Positions 17,189 to 26,906 of a stretch of DNA of 64,000 nt are shown piece by piece; position 1 is the first letter of the stretch, and each line of letters starts with the position of its first letter. Location of the stretch: IMG/VR virus record IMGVR_UViG_3300032093_000013. One strand, written 5' to 3'. Source of the stretch: a virus. A program made the position numbers and the translations under genes. The notes below the pieces were generated by a model that saw only the letters and a program-made list of their open reading frames with translations, did not search any database and had not been told where the DNA came from.

Positions 17189-17208
17189 TTATATGAGTTT
17201 TTAGATAT

Positions 17209-17430
17209 TTATAGACCCAACAGTTCTTTGAGTTCTTCTATTGAGAGTCCTGCTGCCTCTAACTTCTGTTGTGGAGTTAAAGATTCTGGTTCAGTAATTG
17301 GGTCTGGTGGAAGAGGTTCATTGCCTTCTTCTAACCAGAGAAGATATTCTGTTGAGGTCTCGACATTGTGCCATTCGTCTGTTCCTATTTTATTTGCAGA
17401 TGACCTATCTTGATTTAATTTAAAATTCAT
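17209..17430 (-). CDS. Tail fibre partner protein
   Basis: YLLWLEEGNEPLP motif; follows fibre 17443-18681. Confidence 0.6.
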   Translation of the reverse strand: MNFKLNQDRSSANKIGTDEWHNVETSTEYLLWLEEGNEPLPPDPITEPESLTPQQKLEAAGLSIEELKELLGL

Positions 17431-17442
17431 AACTTTATCTCC

Positions 17443-18681
17443 TTATAATTCGGCAGAAGCTCTAATGCGAACGTAAGTATGACCACACACTTCACCAGTA
17501 GAAAAGTTTCCGGATGTTCTAGAAGCTACAGATGAAACGGCACCCACTGTTGGAGCTTGATTATTACCATAAGTTACAGCAGTACTGCCCCCATTATAAT
17601 ATATAAATCCAGAAGCTTGATATGCTGTATCATAAGTAACTACGGATGGACCAGTTCTCATTAATGGAGAAAGAGGTATGCTAAAATAACCATTAGTTGA
17701 ACCAGGATACATATTAACTGTTCCCCCATTATATTCTTTTATTTGATAGTATCTTTCACATAATGCTAACTCTTGCCCAAAACTTCTTCTCTCAAACGGG
17801 GTCGCAACTGTACCGGATTCTAATTGAACTCCTGTGATAAAAAAGGTAGCATTAAGAGTTGAAATCCACTGAGTTTGTGATGATGTTGCTAATTCTACAC
17901 TTCCTGTCCATGTATTATTTGTTGCCTGATAGTCTGTACCAGCACCTAGTGTCCACGACATATTCATACCACCAGAGTTGGTCTTTTCCCAAGTTCCAGT
18001 AGTATCTCCACTAATAATAATGGTTTTATACTCCCAAGTATCGGGAGAGTTAATTGAATAATTTATTGGAATAGCACGACTGTCGGCATAGTTTGTAAGT
18101 GCGACACAATATGTCCCCGATATACTAGATTTTACCCAGAAAGATAAAGTTGCTGTTTTAGCATTGGTAGTTCCATAGTGTAAATCGGCAACGTTATATC
18201 CCTCAAATCTATGACTAATAGAAGCGTAATCACCAGCAGCAATAGTGGCATCGGCGGTGGTGACTTGTGCTCTTAAAGCATTTGAAAAACCTTGACCAGT
18301 TGGTACGTCAGATGTTTGAATACCAGAAATAACACACGTTGAGTTTTTTTGAATGTTAAATCTATCTACTGGAAATTGTCTATTACCAAATCCATCACCA
18401 GTAACTGAAACACTCGCTCCATTATTTCTCTGATCTAACCTCATATCTCCGTTAATTATTCTATTCCGGGCACCAGAAAGGGGACCATCATTAATAGAAC
18501 CAATATAAGCAGTAGTAATACCAGCAGTTGTTACACCTACAATACTTGTAGCATTTAAAGTTGTAAAAGTAGAAATCCCAGAGACACTCGCAGAATAAGT
18601 AATAGTTCCACCAGCAGTCCCGATAGCGACGTTAGTTCCACTCGCAGGAACGATAGCATTAACTCGGAGACTGCTAGCCAT
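17443..18681 (-). CDS. Tail fibre with carbohydrate-binding-like domain
   Basis: RNRIINGDM..QR..TLSFWVKS..GVQLESG..ATPFE.R....ELALCERYY. Confidence 0.75.
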   Translation of the reverse strand: MASSLRVNAIVPASGTNVAIGTAGGTITYSASVSGISTFTTLNATSIVGVTTAGITTAYIGSINDGPLSGARNRIINGDMRLDQRNNGASVSVTGDGFGNRQFPVDRFNIQKNSTCVISGIQTSDVPTGQGFSNALRAQVTTADATIAAGDYASISHRFEGYNVADLHYGTTNAKTATLSFWVKSSISGTYCVALTNYADSRAIPINYSINSPDTWEYKTIIISGDTTGTWEKTNSGGMNMSWTLGAGTDYQATNNTWTGSVELATSSQTQWISTLNATFFITGVQLESGTVATPFERRSFGQELALCERYYQIKEYNGGTVNMYPGSTNGYFSIPLSPLMRTGPSVVTYDTAYQASGFIYYNGGSTAVTYGNNQAPTVGAVSSVASRTSGNFSTGEVCGHTYVRIRASAEL

Positions 18682-18701
18682 TTATAAACTCCTTTGTATT
18701 A

Positions 18702-18983
18702 TCAACCAGCGAGTGCTGCTGACGCTGCTGCTGCCTCTTCGTTTCTTTGTGCTGCTGTCTTGACTAAACCTTCTTCATAAGCTGCCAAAACCATATCTGG
18801 TTTGTTAGTAGCAGTGATTGCTTCGTTATTATCTAACTTATGCTTGACGTAAAGGTCGCAGATTTCGTCAATCGCAATGCGAGCACGATTGGTTGCTGCA
18901 TTATCAATCCAGTCCTGAGGATCAGCAGCGACGTATTGAAGTGCTAGGTCTTCTGCTTCCGTTAAAGTAATTGTATAGTCCAT
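18702..18983 (-). CDS. Partner protein of C1q-type fibre (copy 1)
   Basis: Nearly identical to 33302-33574. Confidence 0.7.
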   Translation of the reverse strand: MDYTITLTEAEDLALQYVAADPQDWIDNAATNRARIAIDEICDLYVKHKLDNNEAITATNKPDMVLAAYEEGLVKTAAQRNEEAAAASAALAG

Positions 18984-19023
18984 ACTTATATGTAAATTGT
19001 TTTGAAGTATTTAGTGGTATTTA

Positions 19024-19878
19024 TTATGATATTTTGGCGCCTGAAAATGAAATAAAACCACTACCTGAAATTAATTGAACACTATTTGATGCCCAATAAA
19101 TATCAACTACATCATTTGTTGCTAAACTTACAATACATGATGCATTAATGATAGTATTTTCTCCAATATCATCTCCTGCAGTTTGTCTTAACTCTGCCCT
19201 TTGGCGAATATTTCCATTTACTCTTATATCCCACATTGATTCTGTATTTGCATCAGTATATGTTGAGGCTTGGAAAAAATAAACTCCACCGACTGGTGCA
19301 GTAAAGGCATAAGTTGAAGTATTATATGAGTTTGTGTTATCAAAACCACCACTATCAGAGGTGGAATTATACGGTAATCTTTGTGCTGATGTAATAGTTA
19401 CAGATGTAGTAGCTGTTGCTCTGAATGCAGGTTGATATAGGACAGACATATATCCATTACTATCAACCTTAAATCTTTCTGTCCCAGATCCAATCTGCCC
19501 AGAATATAATCTAAAATTATCAATATAGTGGTGATGTATATTGCCAGAAGTTACACCAGTGTCCCATCCAGCGGCATGAGGACTCATTACAAATCTTCCG
19601 GTGGTATTAATTCCGGAATGAACACCAGTTATATCAATAAATTTAGTCGGATTATCAGTCCCTATACCAATAGATCCAGCAGCACCTACTCTTATTCTTT
19701 CGGTATTATTAGTACCTATGGTCAGTATATTAGTCGCAGGAGAAGCAATGGAAGCACCGGTGCCAACAGCAAAACCACCACCAGTAATGCCACCACTAAG
19801 AGTTACTGGACTACTAATTGTTACAGTAGAGACACCAGTATCAGATTGAATATTATTAACTATAATTCTGCTAGTCAT
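19024..19878 (-). CDS. Tail fibre with C-terminal C1q/TNF-like domain
   Basis: PAFRAT..YNTSTYAFTAPVGGVYFF..VSLATNDVVDI..FSG; start moved to MTSRII. Confidence 0.75.
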   Translation of the reverse strand: MTSRIIVNNIQSDTGVSTVTISSPVTLSGGITGGGFAVGTGASIASPATNILTIGTNNTERIRVGAAGSIGIGTDNPTKFIDITGVHSGINTTGRFVMSPHAAGWDTGVTSGNIHHHYIDNFRLYSGQIGSGTERFKVDSNGYMSVLYQPAFRATATTSVTITSAQRLPYNSTSDSGGFDNTNSYNTSTYAFTAPVGGVYFFQASTYTDANTESMWDIRVNGNIRQRAELRQTAGDDIGENTIINASCIVSLATNDVVDIYWASNSVQLISGSGFISFSGAKIS

Positions 19879-20117
19879 ACGATTGTCCAAACTCCTTGTA
19901 CTGTGACGGTGTAACCAGCACCGACTGTCACTGTTCCGGCAGTGACTCCGTTAGTTCCCAATGGTATCGTCACGTTCTCATCAATAGTATTTTTATTTGT
20001 TTTAATCACACCATAACTATCAACCCATTGTGAAGCACCATTGACGCTGATTGGATCTTTAAAATCAACTGTGCTACCAGTTTGAGAGCGAATGTTTTGA
20101 ACGTAGATGCGAGTCAT
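19875..20117 (-). CDS. Small beta-rich fibre adaptor (paralogue A)
   Basis: MTRIYVQNI...WVDSYGVIKTN..TNG..GTVTV..WTIV. Confidence 0.65.
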   Translation of the reverse strand: MTRIYVQNIRSQTGSTVDFKDPISVNGASQWVDSYGVIKTNKNTIDENVTIPLGTNGVTAGTVTVGAGYTVTVQGVWTIV

Positions 20118-20353
20118 ACAATTACCCACTCTCCATTTACTGTAACTTCATATCCAGGTTGAACTGTAATGGGACCAGAAGAAAGACCATTGGTTCCTGC
20201 GGGAATGATCACATTTTCAGCAATGGTATCACGATTGGTTTTAATCACTCCATAAGTATCCACCCATTGCTTATCACCATTTGCAGTGATGGTTTCTTTG
20301 AACTCCGTTGTTGTGGAAGTTGAATCAATAATATTGGCTTTGAGTGTGCTCAT
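20114..20353 (-). CDS. Small beta-rich fibre adaptor (paralogue B)
   Basis: MSTLKANII...WVDTYGVIKTN..TNG..GPITV..WVIV. Confidence 0.65.
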   Translation of the reverse strand: MSTLKANIIDSTSTTTEFKETITANGDKQWVDTYGVIKTNRDTIAENVIIPAGTNGLSSGPITVQPGYEVTVNGEWVIV

Positions 20354-20368
20354 TGGTTTTTTGAATAT

Positions 20369-20689
20369 TTATTCTGGTTTTGGATATTTTGCTTTGACTT
20401 CCATTACTCTTGTGAGCATTTCTTCATAGGCATCTCCACCTTTCCAAATCGCATCAAGTTGGTCTTTGATATCTGGATACTCTGGTGCTCTTTGGCGTTG
20501 GTATTCTTTTGCAGCATATTCTTCTTGAAGTCTAGCAATTTCTAATTCAATTTCCTCTCTCGTTGGACATTCTTCCTCTTCATCCAACCAATCTAAACCT
20601 TCATAAGTATTGTTTTTAACTATCCATTTTGTACCAGGAACTAAATTTCGTAGTGCTTCTACAACACCAATAGAACGATTATAGGTCAT
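20369..20689 (-). CDS. XkdW-like fibre partner protein
   Basis: L.PG..W..PT.EE..YQRQRAPEYP...QLD..VKAKYPK. Confidence 0.7.
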   Translation of the reverse strand: MTYNRSIGVVEALRNLVPGTKWIVKNNTYEGLDWLDEEEECPTREEIELEIARLQEEYAAKEYQRQRAPEYPDIKDQLDAIWKGGDAYEEMLTRVMEVKAKYPKPE

Positions 20690-21435
20690 TGTGCCACCTC
20701 CCATACTTGTATGTAATTATTTCCCCAACCATAGTTAAACTCACCAGATCCGCCATAAGGTTGTATGGATAATAAAAATGTTGTTGAATTGGTTGAGTTA
20801 GACACCACGGAAGTATTACAGTGAACTTGATAATGGTGATTCACCTCATCTCCTTTATAAGCAAAGAATAAGGAATTTCTTTGATAACTTCCATTTATTG
20901 CTGAACCATCTCTTTTAATCATTGCGGATATTCCTTCAGATGGAATAATTCTCGTCTGACACTCTGCGTGAATGATTAATCTACTATTTGAAAATTTTGG
21001 AGTAATTGAAACTGTAACAGGAGTATTGTAAATTACATCTTCACTAATAGTGACATAAACATCATTGACTGATGGGACTCTATATTCACTATACTGTACA
21101 AGTGTTCCGGGAGCATAAAGACTTCCAGTATCCGTGCCAACTAGTTTATGTCCAGTTGGAACTGTAATGGTATTATCACTCCCTCTAATTGTTGTTAAAG
21201 TACTAATACCTATTGAATTGATATTACCAGCAACATTGCCAGTTACATTACCAGTAACATTGCCAGTTACATTACCAGTAACATTGCCAGTAATATTACC
21301 AGTAACGTTACCAACGAAAGTCCCACTACCACCAGAACTCAAAGTAGTTGTACCAATTTTGAAGTCAGTAGCACTCACCGTGACAGTCTGACCTGTTCCA
21401 ACTGGTTTTATTGTATTGACATTCAGAATGCTCAT
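20686..21435 (-). CDS. Tail fibre module
   Basis: GNVT tandem repeats; SITPKFSNSRLII..WEVAQ C-terminal domain. Confidence 0.75.
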   Translation of the reverse strand: MSILNVNTIKPVGTGQTVTVSATDFKIGTTTLSSGGSGTFVGNVTGNITGNVTGNVTGNVTGNVTGNVAGNINSIGISTLTTIRGSDNTITVPTGHKLVGTDTGSLYAPGTLVQYSEYRVPSVNDVYVTISEDVIYNTPVTVSITPKFSNSRLIIHAECQTRIIPSEGISAMIKRDGSAINGSYQRNSLFFAYKGDEVNHHYQVHCNTSVVSNSTNSTTFLLSIQPYGGSGEFNYGWGNNYIQVWEVAQ

Positions 21436-21452
21436 TGGAGTTTTTTAGGTAT

Positions 21453-21779
21453 TTATTGTTTTGGTTTAGGATACTTTAATTTAACTGCTTCACATTTAGC
21501 ATAATACTCATCAAGTTTTGTATTATCGCCTTTTGAAGACCAATACAAAGCATCAGCAAGTTCTTTCAAGTCTGGATATTCTGGTGCTCTTAATCTTTGA
21601 TATTCTTGCTGACTATATTCTGTTTGAAGTCTTGCTATTTCTGCTTCTACTTCCTCTTCTGTTGGTTGTTGATATACTTCGTCCCACCAGTCAATAGTGT
21701 TATAATCATCGTCTCTTATTGAAAATTCCGCACCAGGTAATAAAGAATCAATTGCTTGGTGAATTGTTATTTTTTTCAT
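21453..21779 (-). CDS. XkdW-like fibre partner protein
   Basis: Paralogue of 20369-20689 (YQRLRAPEYP..VKLKYPK). Confidence 0.7.
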   Translation of the reverse strand: MKKITIHQAIDSLLPGAEFSIRDDDYNTIDWWDEVYQQPTEEEVEAEIARLQTEYSQQEYQRLRAPEYPDLKELADALYWSSKGDNTKLDEYYAKCEAVKLKYPKPKQ

Positions 21780-22846
21780 TACGCTGCTACCTCCATTAAA
21801 GTCCAAGAAGAATTAAAATCTCCTGCTGATCCAACAAACATAACTCCACCACATCCTGTTGCCCTACAATACAATTCATAACTAATCAATGATGTCGTCG
21901 CTGGACTGTCTAACCAAGTAAAAGTATATGCGGGCATATCATTTGTATATGAAGCAGTAATACCATCTCTATAAGAGTCCATTAAACTTGGAGAAACTAC
22001 AGTTCCACCTCTAGCAATTGCTATATTTCCATCACAAATAAATTGACATCCGATAGTTACAGTGTGAAGTATCTTACTAGTAGATGCACTTGGTGTAATA
22101 GTATTTGTAAAACCAGTGGCTCTATATGTTGAAGAAGTGGAAGTAGCAGTAAAAGATGAAGAACCCAAATCTTTCCAAATTACTTGAAGAATACTTCCAG
22201 TTTGTTGAAGAATTGGATTGCCAGAACTATTTAATACTTTTGTCCCCGCTGCTGAAAGTTTTAGGTTTCCAGAGCTATCAATTCTTGCTCTTTCATTTGC
22301 ACCAGTAGAAAATATAATTGGATTGCTGGTATCTGCTTGTAAGGATAATGTATCGTAAGAATAAATTAAACTTCCAGTTCCAGTTATACCGCCATAACTA
22401 TAAGAAGAACCTGTTCTTGATAATTGGACGTTTCTAGTTCCATCACTAATTCTTATACCATCGGATGAAGTGCCAAGAGATGTTGGATCACTTACTCCAA
22501 TATGAGTTTTGTTTAATGGATTATTAGTTCCCAATCCAATAAAACCAGTAGCAGTTGTAGTAATAACTGTTCCACCAGTTCCAACATTTAATCTTGTAAA
22601 AGTAGAAACACCAGTGGTATTAACGTTCGCAGCAGTAATGACACCTACAAACTGAATATTACCATTTGGATCAACAGTAAATGTATTGCCCGTTGTGTTA
22701 ATTCCTACCGTGGTAATACCAACAGTCTTACCATCAATCTGTACCAGAACTCTTCCCTGCGAGTTGGTAACTTTAACCTTCTCATCAATAGTAGGACTTG
22801 AAGCATCTGCCTTTGCTTCTATATTACTAACGCGGAGAGTGCTCAT
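21779..22846 (-). CDS. Tail fibre module
   Basis: IGLGT, ERARIDSSGN, GSILQV..ITPSASTSKIL..LMEVAA. Confidence 0.75.
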   Translation of the reverse strand: MSTLRVSNIEAKADASSPTIDEKVKVTNSQGRVLVQIDGKTVGITTVGINTTGNTFTVDPNGNIQFVGVITAANVNTTGVSTFTRLNVGTGGTVITTTATGFIGLGTNNPLNKTHIGVSDPTSLGTSSDGIRISDGTRNVQLSRTGSSYSYGGITGTGSLIYSYDTLSLQADTSNPIIFSTGANERARIDSSGNLKLSAAGTKVLNSSGNPILQQTGSILQVIWKDLGSSSFTATSTSSTYRATGFTNTITPSASTSKILHTVTIGCQFICDGNIAIARGGTVVSPSLMDSYRDGITASYTNDMPAYTFTWLDSPATTSLISYELYCRATGCGGVMFVGSAGDFNSSWTLMEVAA

Positions 22847-22870
22847 TCCTTTATATCACCTTTTGAATAT

Positions 22871-23611
22871 TTAGACTACGACTAAAACGGAACCAGTTGC
22901 AACGTCAATTGTAATACCAAGTCCAACTGTTACGGGACCAATTACAAGACCGTTTTTACCTGATGGAATAAAAAGATTTGAATCAATATTTTGATCTGTT
23001 AAAATGGCACCATCTACAAGAGCAATGTTACCAACTGCCTGAATTGCTCCTTCAGAGTTAGCAGCACCAGCAATAGTTGTGGTATTGATTCCAAGAATCT
23101 TTGTGGTATGAACACCAACAGCATTGGCACTGAATGTTCCACCCGCGCCAGCATTTCCAGAAATACTTACATCAATAGAATTGGTTGATGAATTATAGGC
23201 AAAAGTATTTCCAAAACCAATAAAGTTAAGTTGAGTAACACCAACTCCAATGTTGACGCCGCCAGACTGAATACCAACTCCTCTTGCTGAAGGTGCTAGT
23301 TTTGCAAAGGTAACTGATCCATCAGCAGGAACACCAACACCTAGTGCAACTCCAAGAGAAATGCAAAAGAAGTCATCAGTTGATTGTGGTGCTGCTGCGA
23401 AGATGATTTGGTTTTCATCAATCTCATATGCTGATGATGGTTCTTGTATAACACCACCAAGAGATACCAGAATTGAAAATGGTGATCCAGGATAGTATGG
23501 ATTTCCACCAGAGGTTAAGTTGAATCTTACGGTAGACCCATTAAACTGTGATGAGATATCATCCAGTTTGAGATAATTTCCAGCGTCTAATTGTCTACCA
23601 ATATATGCCAT
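22871..23611 (-). CDS. Virion fibre/adaptor protein
   Basis: LDDISSQFNG..VSLGGVIQEP..IIFAAAP domain; C-terminal NG..GPVTV..VVV. Confidence 0.7.
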   Translation of the reverse strand: MAYIGRQLDAGNYLKLDDISSQFNGSTVRFNLTSGGNPYYPGSPFSILVSLGGVIQEPSSAYEIDENQIIFAAAPQSTDDFFCISLGVALGVGVPADGSVTFAKLAPSARGVGIQSGGVNIGVGVTQLNFIGFGNTFAYNSSTNSIDVSISGNAGAGGTFSANAVGVHTTKILGINTTTIAGAANSEGAIQAVGNIALVDGAILTDQNIDSNLFIPSGKNGLVIGPVTVGLGITIDVATGSVLVVV

Positions 23612-23628
23612 TATGGTTTTTTAGATAT

Positions 23629-26055
23629 TTATGATGGGTAGGAGATGATGACGATACCGGAACCACCAGTTCCACCACTTCTATAGTATGGATATCCTCC
23701 AGCGCCCCCGCCGCCACCGGTGTTTGCTTGACCTACTGTAGCAAGTGTTCCAGAACCTGTAGATCCATTTCCACCACCACCGCCGCCACCGGTGCCACCA
23801 GTTCCGTTATAAGCTCCACCACCACCGCCGCCAGAATAAGTTAATGTTGTGCCAGAAATGGTAAAAGCAAGACCACTTCCACCATTTCCACCAGTTCCAC
23901 CAGAAGCATTACTTCCGGCATTGCCAGCGCCGCCGCCGCCACCGCCTGAACCATAACCATCTCCACCGCCACTATTGCTTCCAGTTCCACCAGGATTTCC
24001 CCATCCTAACGGTGGGGAGGCAGTTACAGGAGCACCACCAGTGGCACCTGATCCAGTTCCTCCTGGTTGAATTGGTCCACCAGGTCCAGGAGCTCTACCG
24101 CCTCCACCACCACAACCACCAGGAAGACCTGTACTTCCATAGTTTGGAGAACCTGCTCCACCACCAGTAGCAGTTACTGTAGTTGAAAGTGATAAAGAAC
24201 TATTTGATCCATTCGTCGCCTGAATGCCCATATCTCCATTTCCACCTTGCCCACCTCCACCAACTGTTACGGTGTATTGTCCTGGAGATGCTGAAACTGG
24301 TGCCGAAGTCGCATATTGAATTGCTCCTGCCCCACCACCACCAGAAATAGTACCCCCGCCACCGCCGCCACCAGCGATAACCAAATAATCAATAGAAGTT
24401 AAAGATGGGCTTAATATGCTAAAGGTGCCAGAACCTAAAAATGTATGAATTGTTTTTGTTGGAGAATATGAAACTGTACCGCCACTTGCTTTTGCTGCGA
24501 TTAAACCTTGTTGATATCGAATTACAACAACACCAGATGCACCAGACTTTGAAACATTAGGAGATGCATGTGATGCTCCACCACCGCCCCCACCTGTGTT
24601 AGCAGTTCCATCATTTCCTGCTCCTGCTGGTGATCCACCACTACCACCTCCACCAGGTCCACCAGATCCCCCTTGACCTGCTACATTTGCTCCACCACCA
24701 CCGCCACCTGCATAAGTCACTGATGTTCCTGTAAGACTATATGATAATCCGTCACCACCAACGCCACCATATGTAGATGGACCAGGACCAGAAGTTCCCA
24801 TTGGATTACCTTGTCTTCCTGCTCCGCCACCACCTCCAAAAGCAGCATAAACGGATGGATTATGTTGACCATATCCACCAGGATTTCCTTGACCAGAAGT
24901 TCCAGAACCACCACCAATAGATGGAATCGTAGCAACTGCGCCGCCGCCGCCGCCAGAACCTCCAGGATGTCCAGCAGCTGCTGGTGCTGAAGGTGAAAAT
25001 TCTCCTCCACCACCGCCACTAATTGCAGTAATAGTTGTTATATCAGGTCTTGATATTGTTGATGGAGTTCCATCATTTGGTGTTCCTGCTGCTGGGAGTC
25101 CTGCACCACCACTACCAATTGTAACTGAATAAGAACCTGGTGTAATTGGATATGAAGAGTTGTACAATAAACCACCAGCACCACCTCCGCCACCACCTCC
25201 AGAGGGACCAGCACCGCCACCACCGCCGCCAGCGACTACCAAATATTCAATAACTGCGTCTGTTCTAGAAGAAGTAACGTTAAATGTTCCAGAAGAAGTG
25301 AAACGATGTGCTCTATAAAAAGCACCATTTAGTTCATATTCACTTATAGTTCCACCTGTTGCCTGAATATAAGGCGATCCAACATTTGCCCATCCCTGAA
25401 TATTTCCATTGTAAACTTGAACTGCCCCTTCTGTCGCATTGTAAATTATAGTTCCAGTTGCAGTATTGATGCCAGCATTTCTACCAGTGGTGCTTGTGGT
25501 TCCTAAACCAACCAAATTATTTCTTATAAACGCATTTCCAACAGTGATACTTGAAGCTGAACCAACTTGAACTCCATTAGTCGCAGTAATGATACCAGAA
25601 GATTGAAGTCCTTGTGACTGTAAAACTCCAAAGACAGTCGCACCGTATCCTGTGGTTTCCAGTTCTTTTGAGTTATCATAATAAAGTTCTGCTGCTCCAT
25701 TTGTATTAAATACGGCAAGTAATTCACTAAAAGCAGCATTGTATAATATTATGCCATTACTTCCAGCAATAGCTAAATTTCCAGTTCCAGAATCACTAAT
25801 TATACTGTTGGACCCATCGTGATAAATCTGCAGATCATTACTATCACCTAAAAGAATTTTATCATTATCACCAAGATTCACATTACTTTGGAATGTGGAG
25901 ACGCCTGATACATTTAGTGCTGTGGAATTGACATTCCCGTAGTTTGGTGCTGTGATCGAAGTCGCAGTAATCACACCAGTGATATTAATGCCCGTCAAAG
26001 GTGCGGTGCTTGAAATACCAGAACTGGTGATTTGTGTAAGACGGTCAAGTGCCAT
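23629..26055 (-). CDS. Fibre protein with two glycine-rich (polyglycine II-like) domains
   Basis: Two YLV(V/I)AGGGGGG...NTGGGGG...GxSGxVxIxY domains. Confidence 0.8.
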   Translation of the reverse strand: MALDRLTQITSSGISSTAPLTGINITGVITATSITAPNYGNVNSTALNVSGVSTFQSNVNLGDNDKILLGDSNDLQIYHDGSNSIISDSGTGNLAIAGSNGIILYNAAFSELLAVFNTNGAAELYYDNSKELETTGYGATVFGVLQSQGLQSSGIITATNGVQVGSASSITVGNAFIRNNLVGLGTTSTTGRNAGINTATGTIIYNATEGAVQVYNGNIQGWANVGSPYIQATGGTISEYELNGAFYRAHRFTSSGTFNVTSSRTDAVIEYLVVAGGGGGGAGPSGGGGGGGAGGLLYNSSYPITPGSYSVTIGSGGAGLPAAGTPNDGTPSTISRPDITTITAISGGGGGEFSPSAPAAAGHPGGSGGGGGAVATIPSIGGGSGTSGQGNPGGYGQHNPSVYAAFGGGGGAGRQGNPMGTSGPGPSTYGGVGGDGLSYSLTGTSVTYAGGGGGGANVAGQGGSGGPGGGGSGGSPAGAGNDGTANTGGGGGGASHASPNVSKSGASGVVVIRYQQGLIAAKASGGTVSYSPTKTIHTFLGSGTFSILSPSLTSIDYLVIAGGGGGGGTISGGGGAGAIQYATSAPVSASPGQYTVTVGGGGQGGNGDMGIQATNGSNSSLSLSTTVTATGGGAGSPNYGSTGLPGGCGGGGGRAPGPGGPIQPGGTGSGATGGAPVTASPPLGWGNPGGTGSNSGGGDGYGSGGGGGGAGNAGSNASGGTGGNGGSGLAFTISGTTLTYSGGGGGGAYNGTGGTGGGGGGGNGSTGSGTLATVGQANTGGGGGAGGYPYYRSGGTGGSGIVIISYPS

Positions 26056-26061
26056 TTATTT

Positions 26062-26403
26062 TTACTGCGGTGGTTGTCCTTCTGGTTTTGGATGTCTTGC
26101 TTTTACTGCCTCTACCATCTGAACCCATTTACCATTCTCCAAATTACCAGACTTGATATCATCAAAGAGAAGGTTCAGTTGGTCTTTCCAATCTCCATAC
26201 TCCGTTTCACGATTACGGGCATAGAGGTAGTAATTATAAGTTTCTACATCCTTTTGAATTTGCGCTTCTACTTCTTCCCATTCAGGTGGTTCAGATCCAT
26301 TTGGACATTCCCACCTTGTAAAAGTCCTATTATATAAGTCAAACTTAGCATCAGGACGAAGATATTTAATAGCGGTATCAACACCAGGCAAACGAATATT
26401 CAT
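26062..26403 (-). CDS. XkdW-like partner protein
   Basis: LRP.A..W..PP.WEEV..R...Y....QL..VKARHPKP. Confidence 0.65.
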   Translation of the reverse strand: MNIRLPGVDTAIKYLRPDAKFDLYNRTFTRWECPNGSEPPEWEEVEAQIQKDVETYNYYLYARNRETEYGDWKDQLNLLFDDIKSGNLENGKWVQMVEAVKARHPKPEGQPPQ

Positions 26404-26428
26404 TTCAGTAGTCTCCTAATATAAGTTA

Positions 26429-26833
26429 TTATTCGGCAGCAGGCTCAGGGGTAACGAGATCCCACTCACCGTTCTCTTCGTCCCACTGGTATCTTGAACC
26501 TGCTTCCACTTGCTCTGCAGTAAGTTCAGGAGCAGGTCCAACTGGCGATTCCCAGTCGGCAGTTTCGTTGTTCAAAACCCAAGACTCAAAAGGCTTTGGT
26601 GCGACGAAGGCATCCAGTCCAGCATTGTATGAGTAACCAACGCCAGCATAACGCTTTCTGATGCTGCTGTTGTAGGAGGTCTGAACCCACTTACCACCCA
26701 GAAGCTTCTTACAGAAAGCAATACCTAGAATCTCATCCTCTTCGCCAGTGTGAGGATCGGTAATATCTTTGTTATCTACTACGATAACTTGTGTGACGAC
26801 GTTGTTTTCGTCTAGTTGAGCAAAGTGTGCCAT
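26429..26833 (-). CDS. Partner protein of glycine-rich fibres
   Basis: MAHFAQLDENNVV..WVQTSYN..RKRYAG.GY.Y..DAF..P.PF.SW. Confidence 0.7.
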   Translation of the reverse strand: MAHFAQLDENNVVTQVIVVDNKDITDPHTGEEDEILGIAFCKKLLGGKWVQTSYNSSIRKRYAGVGYSYNAGLDAFVAPKPFESWVLNNETADWESPVGPAPELTAEQVEAGSRYQWDEENGEWDLVTPEPAAE

Positions 26834-26906
26834 AAGTCTTTATTCGTGAATATAATAAATGAATGGTATGTTTTTATTTATGTATTATGAAGGGTAAGTG
26901 ACACTA